A stretch of 64,000 nucleotides of DNA from positions 39,060,001 through 39,124,000 of the forward strand of contig OX597831.1 of NCBI GenBank assembly GCA_951406725.2, read 5' to 3'. The notes below the pieces were generated by a model that saw nothing but the letters and a program-made list of their open reading frames with translations, did no database searches and was not told the origin of the DNA. A program made the translations under genes and the position numbers. Below are positions 15,545 through 29,344 of this stretch, one piece after another. The stretch's first letter is position 1, and each line of letters starts with the position of its first letter. The DNA is from Octopus vulgaris (lineage: Eukaryota).

Positions 15545-16030
15545 CGTAGGTGCAGGCGGGGCTGTGTGGTAAAATGTTCCCCCCCCTCCAACTACATGGT
15601 ACCGGATTCAGTTCTACTGCTTAGTATCTTGGGCAAGTGTTTTATAATTTAGCGTCATGTCAACTAAAGCCTTGTGAGTGAATTTGGTATCCGGGAAACA
15701 GAAAGAAACCCGTTACGTATGTGTGGGTATACGTGCGCGTGTGTGTGTGTGTGCGTTTGTGCGTTTGTGTGTGTGTGTGTGTATGTGTGTATGTGTGTGT
15801 GTGCGTTTGTGTGTGTGTGTGTGTGTGTTTGTCCATCGGTACCACTTCACAACCGATGTTGGTTTGTTTACGTCCCCGTAACTTAGCGGTTCGGCAACTA
15901 ACATCCGATAGAATAAGTAACGGGCATTGATAAAATAAGTACTGGTGTTGATTTATTCGACTAAAAATTCTTCAAGTCGGTGCCCCAACATGGTCGCAGT
16001 CTAATGACTGAAGGAAGTATATGATAAATG
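15545..16030 (+). mobile_element. SINE family S2
   Basis: Head, internal (TG)n and 3' half collinear with 20056-20510. Confidence 0.8.
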
Positions 16031-16236
16031 ATAACAGTCGACTACACCCCATAAATAACAGCCAACTATGTCTATAAATAATGAAGAAAACGTGCAGTAG
16101 ATGTAAAATAATTAGTTTTGAAAAACTAAGTTAACCAATTATCCATTTCCTAACACTCAATTTTAAACTGTTTTCCTATTACAACCAAACAGTTGTAAAA
16201 TTGCTATCCACTTAATGTCGAGTAATTTATAAAATG

Positions 16237-16545
16237 TGGAGGCGCAATGGCCCAGTGGTTAGGGCAGAGGACTCGCGGTCGTAGGATCGCGGTTTCGATT
16301 CCCAGACCGGGCGTTGCGAGTGTTTATTGAGCGAAAACACCTGAAGCTCCACTAGGCCCCGGTAGGGGTGTGGTGGCGATCCCTGCTGTACTCTTTCGCC
16401 GCAACTTTCTCTCACTCTTTCTTCTGTTGGCCAGCTCGCTTAGCCAGCTAGGTGGCGTCATTTGATGGTTAAAACAATGCGAAGCGCATTGTGACCAGTG
16501 ATGTATAGCAACATCTGATAGCCTGGTCGGTCACGTGATCACGTG
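16237..16545 (+). mobile_element. SINE family S1, tail type 2
   Basis: A box tggcccagtgg, B box ggtttcgattcc; tail gcgaagcgcattgtgacc...ggtcggtcacgtgat. Confidence 0.85.
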
Positions 16546-16613
16546 AATTATAAAATAGCTCTCTCCGATGTGCACTACGATTCTTTACAGTTATATTAAA
16601 CAGTTTTACAGCG

Positions 16614-16794
16614 CAGTTCTATATTTAAGTGATGAGGAATTATGTACATTATTTACATTATTTACATTTGACGGATATTTGTCCTCATCTTGTTTGTTGT
16701 TAACACAACGTTTCGGCTCATATAGACTCCAGCCTTCATCGGGTGTCTTGGAGAAAATTTGAACTTGGGTTCTCATTCCTAAGGTATTTTTCAA

Positions 16795-16842
<48 letters not shown>

Positions 16843-16960
16843 TTATTTATTATTATTATTATTATTATCATTATTATTATTATTATCCAGGTCACTGCAT
16901 ACAACAAACAAGACGAGGACAAATATCCGTCGAATGTAAATAACGTTAATAATGTAAATA
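16614..16960 (-). mobile_element. Penelope-like element family C with hammerhead motif (16702-16747) and inverted terminal fragment
   Basis: Minus strand reads GACAC-CCGATGA-A-GGCT...AGCC-GAAAC-GTT-GTGTT. About 16900-16945 is an inverted copy of 16658-16700. Homologous to 48870-49540. Confidence 0.75.
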
Positions 16961-17293
16961 AGTTTTACAACAGTTGTACAAACCCAACTAAACTGTTGTA
17001 CGACTGAATAAAGCAGTTTTATAACTGATTGCATGCTTATCTATGACTCATTTAATATAAAACAGCTTTAAAACACTTAATCACTTGAAACAAACTTTTC
17101 TTTACAACTGGATAAAACAGTTTTAAAAATTGTTATGTATTGCAGACGTGGCTGTGTGGTAATAAGCTTGCTTCCCAATCACATCGTTCTGGGTTAGGTC
17201 CCACTGCGTAACACCTTGGGCAAGTGTCTTCAATTACAGCCTCGGATCGACCAAAGCTGTGAGTGGATTTGGTTTGGTAGAGTGAAAGCCCGT

Positions 17294-17325
<32 letters not shown>

Positions 17326-17327
17326 GA

Positions 17328-17959
<632 letters not shown>

Positions 17960-17963
<4 letters not shown>

Positions 17964-18202
17964 GGCGCAATGGCCCAGTGGTTAGGGCAGCGGACTCGCG
18001 GTCGTAGGATCGCGGTTTCGATTCCCAGACCGGGCGTTGTGAGTGTTTATTGAGCAAAAACACCTGAAGCTCCACGAGGCTCCGGCAGGGATGGTGGTGA
18101 TCCCTGCTGTACTCTTTCACCATAACTTTCTCTCATTCTTACTTTCTGTTTCTGTTGTACCTGTATTTCAAAGGGCCGGCCTTGTCACTCTCTGTGTCAC
18201 GC
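17960..18202 (+). mobile_element. SINE family S1, 3'-truncated
   Basis: Near-identical to 37477-37720, then stops at ...ctctgtgtcacgc. Confidence 0.9.
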
Positions 18203-18595
18203 CGGACGTTGCTCGGGTTTGTAAGGGAAATAACTATATAAGCATTTTTAGAGAGTTATAGCAAAAAAATAGCAAAAAAATGCATTAAAAATGGAAGAAA
18301 AATTATGGTAAATTTTCTAAAAAATCGTTGACTCATCGTAGACATTTTTAGAGAGTTACTTCCCTTATATAATAGCGAAAAAATGCATTAAAATGGAAAA
18401 AAGCTAAGTGTCCCAGATAATTTTTTTTAAAAATCGTAGACTCATCGTAGACGCGCGCTAATACCCAGAAGGGCTCGATATGAATCACGACTATAAGATA
18501 CCCGGTTTTGGTTAAACTGCACCGCAAAATGCGGGAGTAGTTAGGAATCTAAATCGTAGGAGACAGACACACAACCTTACTTTTATATATAAAGA
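18200..18595 (-). mobile_element. Probable non-autonomous Helitron lacking its terminal CTAG
   Basis: Minus strand begins A|TCTTTATATATAAAAG (typical Helitron 5' TC end) and ends in the GC hairpin cccgagcaacgtccgg. Internal short direct repeats are present. Confidence 0.55.
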
Positions 18596-18599
18596 TTAT

Positions 18600-19590
18600 A
18601 CTGTCGAAGGACACCGCCGGCGGCAACACGTCGTAACAAACATGTATCTCTGTCATCTCCATTCATTCACCAAACAACTCCTTCAATGTCTCTCCTCTTT
18701 CCTCCTCCAACAAAACAGCGCCAAAACCCTCGTTTTACTCCTTGTCCGCCAATTTCACCCAGACAACGCACCTCATCCTGACAATTCTCCTCTCCATCTC
18801 TGCACTCCCTAGACACTGCTCCATTGCTCTCATGCTCCTCCCCTTTGGTGTCACTCTCCCTCTCTCCTCACCAATCCCCTCTTCTTCCGCTGGCACTTCC
18901 ACCCGTGTCTGTCTCTTATTCCGTGTTGCTATCATCTTTCTTTCATTTTCCCCTCTCCTCTGCACTCCTTCCTCCCCGCTAGCTGATGGTCTCCGCCTTC
19001 GTTCCACACTTACTTTTGTTGTCCTTTCATTTTTTCTCCTATCATTTGCACTCCTTGTCTTTCACTCTGCTCCTCCTCTCCACCCGCCTTTCCTTTCCTC
19101 CTTGGACCCTTTGGTGGTGAGTCACTGCTCTTCCTTCCTTTAACCACTGCATATTGCTCTTCCATTCTCTCCCCTACCGCAGTTGCACCATCCTCTTCCT
19201 CCTCCTCCTCCTGATACTCCCTCCCTGTCTCCTCTTCGTGTTTCTGGGGACACTTAGCTTTCATGTGTCCTCGCTCCACCAACATTCCCAACCCTGCTTC
19301 GCTCGGCAGCATCAGCTCCTCCGCAATCCTGTGGAGGTCAGGCAAGCCTATATGGAGCAACACCTCCAGTCCACACCCGAAGCAGCTCACTTCCGCAGCC
19401 CGCCATACTTTCAACATATCGGCGTCCCTCTCTGTGTTGAAGAGGATGACTTCCACCAGCCACGCCTCTCCAATTTCTGGCGGCGCTCCACCCATTCTCA
19501 CTCCAGCTTCACGTCGCCACGTTCCTAATTTCTCTCAAGCACTCCTCGACCGCCTCCACCGCCATCACTTCCATTCCTTTCGTTGAGTAC
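18600..19590 (-). pseudogene. Decayed gag/ORF1-like segment of a non-LTR retrotransposon
   Basis: GC-richer, purine-skewed block. ORF 19010-19501 contains GGAPPEIGEAWL...RGHMKAKCP (second half of a CCHC knuckle) followed by a charged low-complexity tail. No ORF2 is visible. Confidence 0.5.
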
Positions 19591-19700
19591 TGGAGTCGAT
19601 ATAATCAACATTCACCTCCCTTGAAATTGCTGGCTTCGCGCCAAAATTTGAAACCAATATATATATATATATATGTGGTGTGTGTGTGTGTATATATATT

Positions 19701-19795
19701 GTCAGCGGGTAGCTTAGCTTAGTGGTAAAACACTCACCCGGAGACTATGAGGGATATGGCTTCCAGTCCCATGGCTGGTTATTGATAAATTTTTA
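19701..19795 (+). mobile_element. tRNA-like SINE head fragment
   Basis: A-box-like tagcttagtgg and decayed B box, followed by catggctggtt...atttt, which is shared with 54703-54726. Confidence 0.45.
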
Positions 19796-20055
19796 TTAAG
19801 ACGGTGCTCCAGCATGGCCGCAGTCAAATGACCGAAACAAGTAAAAGAGTATATAATATAGATATATATTTCGATTAGGATTAGTAGATACTTTTATAAT
19901 AGAGGGCTACAAATATTTATTCAAGTATAGCTTCTAGATAAATGAGCGTTTGATTTGATAGGATTTCAAACTTAACTGCAGAAGAATAGTCTAAATACCA
20001 TAAGAATTATCAGTCCCGGGTTTCGGCATCCGGTGGCTTGACTATGTTTTTCATA

Positions 20056-20217
20056 GGCGTAGGAGTAGCTGTGTGGTAAGTAGCTTGCTTTCGAACCACA
20101 TAGTTCCGGGTCCAGTCCCACTGCGTGGCACTTTGGGCAAGTGTCTTCTACTATAGCTTCGGGCCGATCAAAGCCTTGTGAGTGGATTTGGTAGACGGAA
20201 ACTGTTAAAAGCCCGTC

Positions 20218-20292
<75 letters not shown>

Positions 20293-20510
20293 CTTGTGTG
20301 TCTGTATTTGTCTCCCTACAATCGCTTGACATCTGATGTTGGTGTGTTTACGTCACCTTAACTTAGCGGTTCGGCAAAAGAAACCGATAGAATAAGTACT
20401 AGGCTTACAAGGAATAAGTCCTGGGATCGATTTGCTCGACTAAAGGCGGTGCTTCGGCATGGACGTAGTCAAACGACTGAAACAATTAAAAGAGAGCAAA
20501 GAGAGAGAGA
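20056..20510 (+). mobile_element. SINE family S2, full length
   Basis: ggcgtaggagtagctgtgtggtaag head, internal (TA)n(TG)n, ...gactgaaacaattaaaagag tail. Confidence 0.9.
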
Positions 20511-21600
20511 GTATCTTCTCCACTACTTTTATCGTCGAATCTGTCTAACACATGTTAAATGTTTGAGATGGGTTAATTCAAATGAGATTGTATTATCAAT
20601 TATAACATAACAGAAGGTATGCTTAACACATATATAATCCTTGTGCTTTGCTGTTTATATCAATAAGCAAAACCCTCAAATTTTAGAGCGGCAGACTAGC
20701 TTATTAGTTCACTGTTTATATCATATCTTATAATATAATTACCCAGATATTTTTCGCATTGTATACATTCAAAAGATAGTCATATTTCTAAAATAATATT
20801 TGATTTTGTATCTTATTAATTCAGCACGTTAGTACAGGGAATTGTAAAAACATTTGCGAAAACTTAATGTTTACATGTGTACCAAGAAACACTCGTATCG
20901 TTATTTAGTAAAGAGCATAACAGTCTTACTTCGTGCGTATATAATATAATATGTTGTCCGATATTAAATAGAAGATTAACTGTTTAAGGAGATTCCTATC
21001 TATCATATTGGAATGAGAAGTAAACTGTGATAAGAGCAGGTGTTACATGCTGTGAATAATAGAGGTCAAATGTACTGAGAAAGTATAAATATGGAAGACA
21101 AACATATTTTAGATTCAGATAGATGATGCTTAAAAAAAAAAAAACGTACAAATGATAAACTTCAGATGCCAAGAAATCAACAAACATTATTAAAAAAAAA
21201 ACAAAGAAACATTTGAACAAAATGAAAATACAAGTAAAATAATAGAATAAGTATTGTTTTGCTAGCATTACACTTGAAATAAAATAAAAAAAATGTCAAA
21301 TGTATAAGTTTACTTCGCGATTAAATTCAGATAAGATTAACTTCTTTATAATGGGTCGGTGTAGATATGAATCTGATAAAGTAATCTTATGAGGTGGCAC
21401 GTAGTGTGAAGAATTCCTGAAAAAAAATAGATGTTGGAATACTTTGTGGTTAAGAAATTCGCTTCGCAACCGCCCGGTTTCGGGTTCATTTGCACCGTAA
21501 TGTTTAGCACCTAGGGCAAGTGTCTTCTCTTGTATTTTAGCTCTGGGCCAACTATTACGTTCTGAAGGAATTTAGGTGATGGAAGATGTGTAGAAGATCA

Positions 21601-21654
<54 letters not shown>

Positions 21655-21749
21655 CATATATACACGTATATATATGTAATTAATTGTAAATATATACATA
21701 TAGGTAATGTATGTATACATATATATATATATACACAGACACATGTATA

Positions 21750-21965
21750 TATTTCTTTACTACCCACAAGGGGCTAAACATAGAGGGGGCAAACAAGGAC
21801 AGACAAAGGGATTAAGTCGATTACATCGACCCAGTGCGACACTGGTACTTTATTTATCGACCCCGAGAGGATGAAAGGCAAAGTCGACCTCGGCGGAATT
21901 TGAACTCAGAACGTAGCGACAGACGAAATACGGCTACGCATTTCGCCCGGCGTGCTAACGTTTCT
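21750..21965 (-). mobile_element. SINE family S3
   Basis: Reverse complement of 58074-58300. Confidence 0.85.
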
Positions 21966-22023
21966 ATGTATATACCCGCATACATATATATGTATATATA
22001 TATATATATAAACATATATAAAC

Positions 22024-22069
<46 letters not shown>

Positions 22070-22109
22070 ACATACATTATATATATATGTGTGTATACTA
22101 TATAGATAT

Positions 22110-23015
22110 TTATGGAAATTCAAAAATTATATGCATTCTTGTTTTTTCAATATAATTACAGAAAAGTAGGAGATAAACATTTTTCTATATAGCCTTCTTC
22201 CTTTCCGATGCACATGGCCCAGCGGTCCACAAGCTTGCGTATTCCCAACAAGAAGATTTTCAGGTAGTCGTGCAACCATTTAAGCTACGCTTTCTTCACA
22301 TCTTCATCCGGACTATATCGACGACCTTGTAAATCATATTTGAGCGGTCCAAAGATATGATAGTCGGAAGGGGCGAGATCTGGGCTGTAGGCAGGGTGTT
22401 CCAGCACCTCAAAACCTAATTGGTTAATGGTTTCAACGTTCTGGGCGGCCGTGTGTGGGCGTGCATTGTCATGGAATAACAAACCTTTCGGCGAATTGTT
22501 GGCTTCAGTTTGTTGACCAGCGAAGCACTGTTTCTTGCATTGTAGATCGCACACCCCATTTCCTGTAGTCTTCCAGTATAGGCCCATTTGAACTCTAAAA
22601 TCCCCAAATAAACTTGCTGAATCTTCTCGTCAGTAGTGGGGGTCGACGCGTGTCCTGCTCCCTGTTCATGCGTCAGGGTTTTTCGGCCATTTTTAAAATT
22701 CTCGATACACTGAAACACAATTCTACACGGTAGAGCACGTAATGTGCTAATAGCCTCCGATGAATTTCAGTACGTGACGCACCTTTCGACCAGAGAAATC
22801 GAATCACTGCTCTTTGTCTTTCTTAGGTGCACATTCCTAGTGGAACGGCCATGCTTATGCTGCAAAGCCAGAAAGAAAATTCGTTTGATCAGGCTCAAGC
22901 TTCGATCACGTGACTAGAATAGTACCAAATATATGCAGACATGTGCAGAAGGCAATGTGACAATAAGAAAGATATGTTATGGCGGAAGTGCAGATAATTT
23001 TTTTAATTTCCTTCG
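22110..23015 (-). mobile_element. Internally deleted, decayed mariner (DD34D) transposon
   Basis: Imperfect TIRs at 22110-22135 and 22989-23015. Minus strand gives N-terminus MAVPLGMCT*ERQRAVIRFLWSKG (ATG 22852), catalytic motifs HDNARPH and HPAYSPDLAPSDY, and C-terminus GIRKLVDRWAMCI...YIEK. Stops and frameshifts present. Confidence 0.92.
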
Positions 23016-24146
23016 TACATATTAATAATAATAATGAGTATGGAGACTTGGATATGCACAAAATCTATTTTATAGTTATATACATCATATTATAAGGACA
23101 CGGACATTAGATGCTACTGGTCGTTGTTGTTAGCCGTTACCTGGAACTTAATCCAGAGCTAATACGGTATATGCCTCCAAACTCACACACACACACACAT
23201 ATATATACATATGTATGTATATATATATATACACATACGCACGTGCGCACACATATGCACATACACACACACATACACACATACACGCACACATATGTAT
23301 GTATATATATATGTTGTAGAGTATTGGTAAACCCTTCTCTCTTGATAAGTGGTATGACACAGCCACTATAAAGTCAGACAGTCAGTCGTTGTAGGAGGTC
23401 AGTAGAAGTGGATGCGTTGTACGAGTTCGCAGCTGGAGTTAGTATCAGTTATGTGATATATACGAGTTCGAGTTACCGTCAAGGTAGATGTTGCAAAGTC
23501 ATTGTCTTATGGAGCTATCAGCGATTGCATGATAGACGAGTCAAAGTTAATGAGACGCGGAATATCGTCACAATATAATAATGACAACAAGAATATTACA
23601 GTGCCGACAATAGCATACGAAGTGGATGAGGATATCACATTATAACATATATAAGTCATTTCAATGCGGCCATCTTGGAACACTGCTTTGAAAGATTTTA
23701 GTAAAAAAAAACATAGACCCCAAGACTTACTTCTTTCACGCTTAGTACATACAATACCAGCCGTTTTTCTAATACTAAGTTATAGAAACGTAAACACACC
23801 AAAACTAGTTGTCAAGCAGTGATGGGTGAACAAAATCAGACACAAAGACACATGCACGTAGATATATACATAAAAAAATATATAAAAAAATATATATAAA
23901 AAAGATTTTAATATTTATTTATAAATATAAATTAAAAATTTTTAAATAACATAAATTTTAAATTTTATATTTTATATATTTTGTACATTATATTAATTAT
24001 ATTTATTTTTATGTTTTGGTTTATGTTTTTCACTGTTTGATTTGCCTAATAGTGGTTTTAGCTCTAATTCAATTCATATTTATACTGTGAAATTTGATTT
24101 AATCCTAAATCTAATTTTTCCCTGTAAGTTTGGATTTACTCTCTAA

Positions 24147-24268
<122 letters not shown>

Positions 24269-24884
24269 CCATTATTATTATATATATATATATATATATA
24301 TATTTGTGATTACCATATATATATATATGGTAATCACAAAGAAACTCACTTAGTGGACCCGCCTATAAACGACATAGTAAGCAAATACGTAGATGTGTAT
24401 TTCGTAGCAGGGATCAAGTAAATCCAATCAGAGAATATTATACCATGAGGATTATATAGCATATAAAGGAGGTATGAGACGAGTATATTTATTCGACCGG
24501 TTGATATCCATGGGGAGACAGTTGTTTCGCCGCCTACATCATGAAAAAATTTTTATTTTAGTGAATAATATATTACTTTATTTCTGCCCTATTAGGTATG
24601 AGATAAATTGCATAGTACTATTGTACAGTTTACAAACCAATTCAGATATAGAGACCTTGCTCTTCAAATCGGTAGAATATCACGGTTACATAAATTTTTA
24701 AACTCCGGTATATACGTACAAAAACAAGAACATTCATCTTTAGTTATCTAATGCATGGAGGACCGTGTGTATCCATGTCATTGTTTTTATGCCCAAGAGT
24801 GCTTAACGATCAGTCTTAGTTTGTTTACCTTTCTGTATATTAGCGATTTGATAAAAGAGATCATATATACATATATATATATGT

Positions 24885-24951
<67 letters not shown>

Positions 24952-25112
24952 ATGATGCAAACAGGAAGAATAGAAAGAAAACCATGAGTATATTCTATTA
25001 TACGTTTCAGTGTGGCTGCGGCCATGCTGGAGCATTGATGTCTATGCATATATGTGCGTCTGTATCTATCTATCTCTCTATCTATCTATCTATCTATCTA
25101 TTTATTTGCGTC

Positions 25113-25147
<35 letters not shown>

Positions 25148-25189
25148 ATAGACTGACAGACAGACAGACAGACAGGCAGACAGACAGAC

Positions 25190-25228
<39 letters not shown>

Positions 25229-25361
25229 CTGACAGACAGACAGACAGACAGACAGACATATAGATAGATAGATACATACATACATACGTACATAGACTGT
25301 CAGACAGACAGACAGACATATAGATAGATAGATAGATACATACATACATACATAGACTGTC

Positions 25362-25466
<105 letters not shown>

Positions 25467-26371
25467 GATAGTTAGATAGATACCTTGACGCAGAAATACG
25501 AAATTAAGAGACGTAACAATCACTAAACTGGACAAGGAATGCGATATATATTGTGCACTAGTAACATAGTTCGCCTGCTGCAGTTCCACAGCTGATAACA
25601 AAACGCTTTCCTCATTTCACTGCTGTTGCTGATATCTCTATTGTGTTGCAACAGATATGAACACGATGTCGCTGCAGTGCCTACAATGGAAATGATACTA
25701 TCGACAATATAGCAGCCTTTGTAGATTATTCATATGCATTAGATTGTATAGGTCTTTTTCCTCCTCTTAACGCTATTTGTTGTTGTCGCTGTAAGCCCGT
25801 GATGAAAGCAGGTCTAATTTCGACCGTCCTGTTTATTTCTATACAACATCAACCCACAGGATATGTTATGTGCAATGTCTTTTTTTTTTTATTCTTAAAG
25901 AAATTTAAAATGCTATTTGGAGAAAACAGATTTTGTTTAATCCAATTTCAACGGTCATTGGGTGTCTGTGGTCACCAAATTAACTTCAGTTCCGACTATC
26001 TCATCCTATTTCTTATTTCTTTATTGCCCATAGAGGGGACAAACAAGGACAAACAAGGGGATTAAGTCGATTACATCGACCCCAGTACGTATATCATCGG
26101 AATATATTTTTTATCGCATATTTAATATTTCTATTATATGTAATTTTCTAGATGGTGTAATTTAATTTTTCATTTTGAATTGATAAAGGGTGTTTTTTTC
26201 TAATTTATATCTATATTATATTTTGTGAAATTTGATTCAGTATTTCTAAATTGAATTTTTCCCTGTAAGTTTGGAATACTATTCCCTCAAATTATTATTA
26301 TTATGATATTACTCTTTTACTCTTTTACTTGTTTCAGCCATCCGGCTGAGGCCATGCTGGGGCACCGCCCT

Positions 26372-26426
<55 letters not shown>

Positions 26427-26449
26427 TATATATATACACATGCTTGCTT

Positions 26450-26785
26450 AGCATTCTGTCGCTTACGACAACGAAGGTTTCAGTTGATCCGGTCAACGGA
26501 ACATCCCGCTCGAGAAATTAACGTGCAAGTGGTTGAGTACTTCTCAGACACGTGTACCCTTAACGTAGTTCCCAGGGAGATTCAGCGTGACACAGAGTGT
26601 GACAAGGCTGGCCCTTTAAAATACTGGTACAACAGAAACACGAAGAAAGAGTGCGAGAAAATTGTGGTGAAAGAGTACAGCAGGGTGTTTTCGCTTAATA
26701 AACTCACAACGCCCGGTCTCGTAATCGAAACCGAGATTCTACGACCGCTAGTCAACTGCTCTAACCATTCGGCCATTACCACCAC
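26450..26785 (-). mobile_element. SINE family S1-related, tail type 1, diverged
   Basis: Reverse complement of the S1 body (acgttaagggtacacgtgtctg...) with internal deletions. Confidence 0.75.
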
Positions 26786-26791
26786 GATATG

Positions 26792-26954
<163 letters not shown>

Positions 26955-27734
26955 TTATATCTATGTATGCATGCATATATCATTGTGAGTGACAGAATTT
27001 AGTTTTCACATGTAACTATGGCGTGCTGCATGGCAATACCCGTACATTACATGTATCTATAACAATGCAATAGAGGGTTGATACGGCCGTGCTATAAATG
27101 TCGGAACATTGCAGCATATATTTTCAGATAATTGCTGCAGTTGTCAGTGCCTTGCCTTAGCTGTTGCTATCACATTTCTACCAATCAGTTGTCTCAAATA
27201 AATTCTTCTTTTCTTGTTTTGTTTCGTCCGATTTTTTCTACTTTATTATTTTTTTTAATGGGGGCTGCTTATACTAGCGTTTGTATTTATACCAAAACCC
27301 AATTGTGTATCATTGAGGAGAGCGTTTCATACAATACTTTGTGGCAATATTAACACGCCAATTTCTAAAGATGTAAAAGTATCATACTTGCATAACTTTT
27401 TCACGCAAAGAATTATTTTTTTTACAGTATAACTGTATTTTGGGATTTTTATCAATTTAAATTTCCGAATTCCCTCCCTTCTCATCACTGAGAAAAATAC
27501 TCATTCACACAAATAAAATATTACCTTTATAAATGTATATGTATAAGAGCATATTATCATATATAAAAATATATTAATATATATGTATATATTTGTGTGC
27601 GTGTGTGTGTATAAACGTTCATATATATACATCTAATATTTAGCAGAAATAACAGAGTAACTTAAGGTTTGAGAGTTTCGTAAGTTGGTATGAATCTCTA
27701 GGATCTTGAGTCAACCTCTTGCTTTTGTTAAATA

Positions 27735-27797
<63 letters not shown>

Positions 27798-27837
27798 TCA
27801 TACTCTGAGTTCTATATTCCCTGTTTGCACCAATATA

Positions 27838-27873
<36 letters not shown>

Positions 27874-28669
27874 TATATATATATATATGAAAGAAAATAA
27901 AAAAATTGAGCAAGAACTTAACAGGCGACAACAAAACATCTGGACAGTTAGTATTGTTTTTGCAATTTCGGCCGGTTACACTCCGCTCCAATCTGTTGGT
28001 CTCCAAGAAAATCTAAGCTAAGAGCAGCAGACTCCTTGGAAGAAAGCAAGTGAATGTATACGAAAACAAGGACGAAAAAACGGAGAAATGGTACACTAGT
28101 ACAAATACAAACAACAGGAGATTAACAAAAGGTGTATTTCGACTAAGAACGAATTAAATTAAGCTGGCGTGTATGGAAGTGAAGCCTTACGCCAGGAACA
28201 TAAGAGGTGAAAGTCATGGGAAGGAATATAAGAGATGCTATATATATCACGTTCGTTCACTTGTGAGCTCTCTCATAGGTGTTACTGGTGACATGGAATT
28301 CAATACAACGTAATGCATAGTTGGGTATCGGCTACTAAACCGTGGATGCAAACCTGGGTGAAACCGATTGTTAGCGCAATAGGCTCAGCTGGCATTCAAC
28401 ATGGACAATGGTCAGTGACAGTATTTCTCGCCCCCCTCTTCCCTCATCTCCTCTCTCTACACTACACCATACGACTTTACACATCACATCATATATACAT
28501 ACACACGTACAGACCTCTCATACGCACTAATACTCTCTCATACACACACACACACACTCTTCTCATACACACACACACACACTCTTATGTTGGAGCGAGC
28601 TCATTTAACCCTATTATCTCCCCTAATTTCGCTCTTGCGTCTCACGTTTGATCTTTGACTTCTGGTCGA

Positions 28670-28920
28670 AATCAGATCGCCATGTTGATTCGCTAGCCTC
28701 TGCACGCATATTTTTTTCTCTCCTTCTTTCTGTGTTTTTTCTCTGAGTATCTTTCTGTTGAAGAGCGTAGGCTCGAAACGTTAAAGACTTGTTTTATTTA
28801 TATTTCCTGAGCGCCATACTAATACAATCGTTTGTTTGTATTCCACCTGCCTTCGTCCTTTGTTTATTTCCGTAAACCTGCCTTCGTCTTTTGTCTATTT
28901 TCATAAAGCTTCCCGTTATA
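28670..28920 (+). mobile_element. Penelope-like pseudo-LTR relic, family B, hammerhead-like motif 28751-28786
   Basis: CTTT-CTGTTGA-A-GAGC-gtag-GCTC-GAAAC-GTT-AAAG, with stems I and II perfectly paired. Confidence 0.7.
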
Positions 28921-29276
28921 TATATATATATATGTATATATATACACGTGTGCGTGTGTGTGTGTGGGGGGTGTAATTATAACTACTTGGAGGATCCAAC
29001 AGAATCGTGGTATTTTAATAACAAAGAGATCGTGGTAGAGTCAAGAACAGTATCAACAGTGTGTACGGACAGTCTCGTACAAACTAGTGCATACACGGAT
29101 TTTTCCTTCCAGTTACACAATACTTCTACTTTTATAGACCAAATACACTCAACGTATACGAAAAATCCCACATAAGTATGCTCCGGCATATAATCCACGA
29201 TGGAATATAGATACAAATTCCAACACAGCGAAGGTTCCGAGTGTGGTACAGTATTATTAACGCAAATGGGCTGAGT

Positions 29277-29344
29277 TTCACTACAGCTGTTTCAAACGTG
29301 TTTTTATTGATGAACCACGTAAAAAAGCGGTTCTTTCAGGTGAA
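29277..29344 (-). ncRNA. Hammerhead ribozyme-like motif with long domain II
   Basis: Minus strand reads TTCAC-CTGAAAGA-...acgtg..cacgt..-GAA-ACAGCTGT-A-GTGAA. Stem I is TTCAC/GTGAA, stem III is palindromic, the site is GUA, and the core has one extra A. Confidence 0.55.

Noticed and set aside
23870-24030. Extremely AT-rich irregular tract
   Set aside because: Looks like a decayed or poorly base-called (TA)n region; no structure can be supported.
24737-24759. miR-9-like string tctttagttatcta
   Set aside because: Seed mismatch and no complementary arm.
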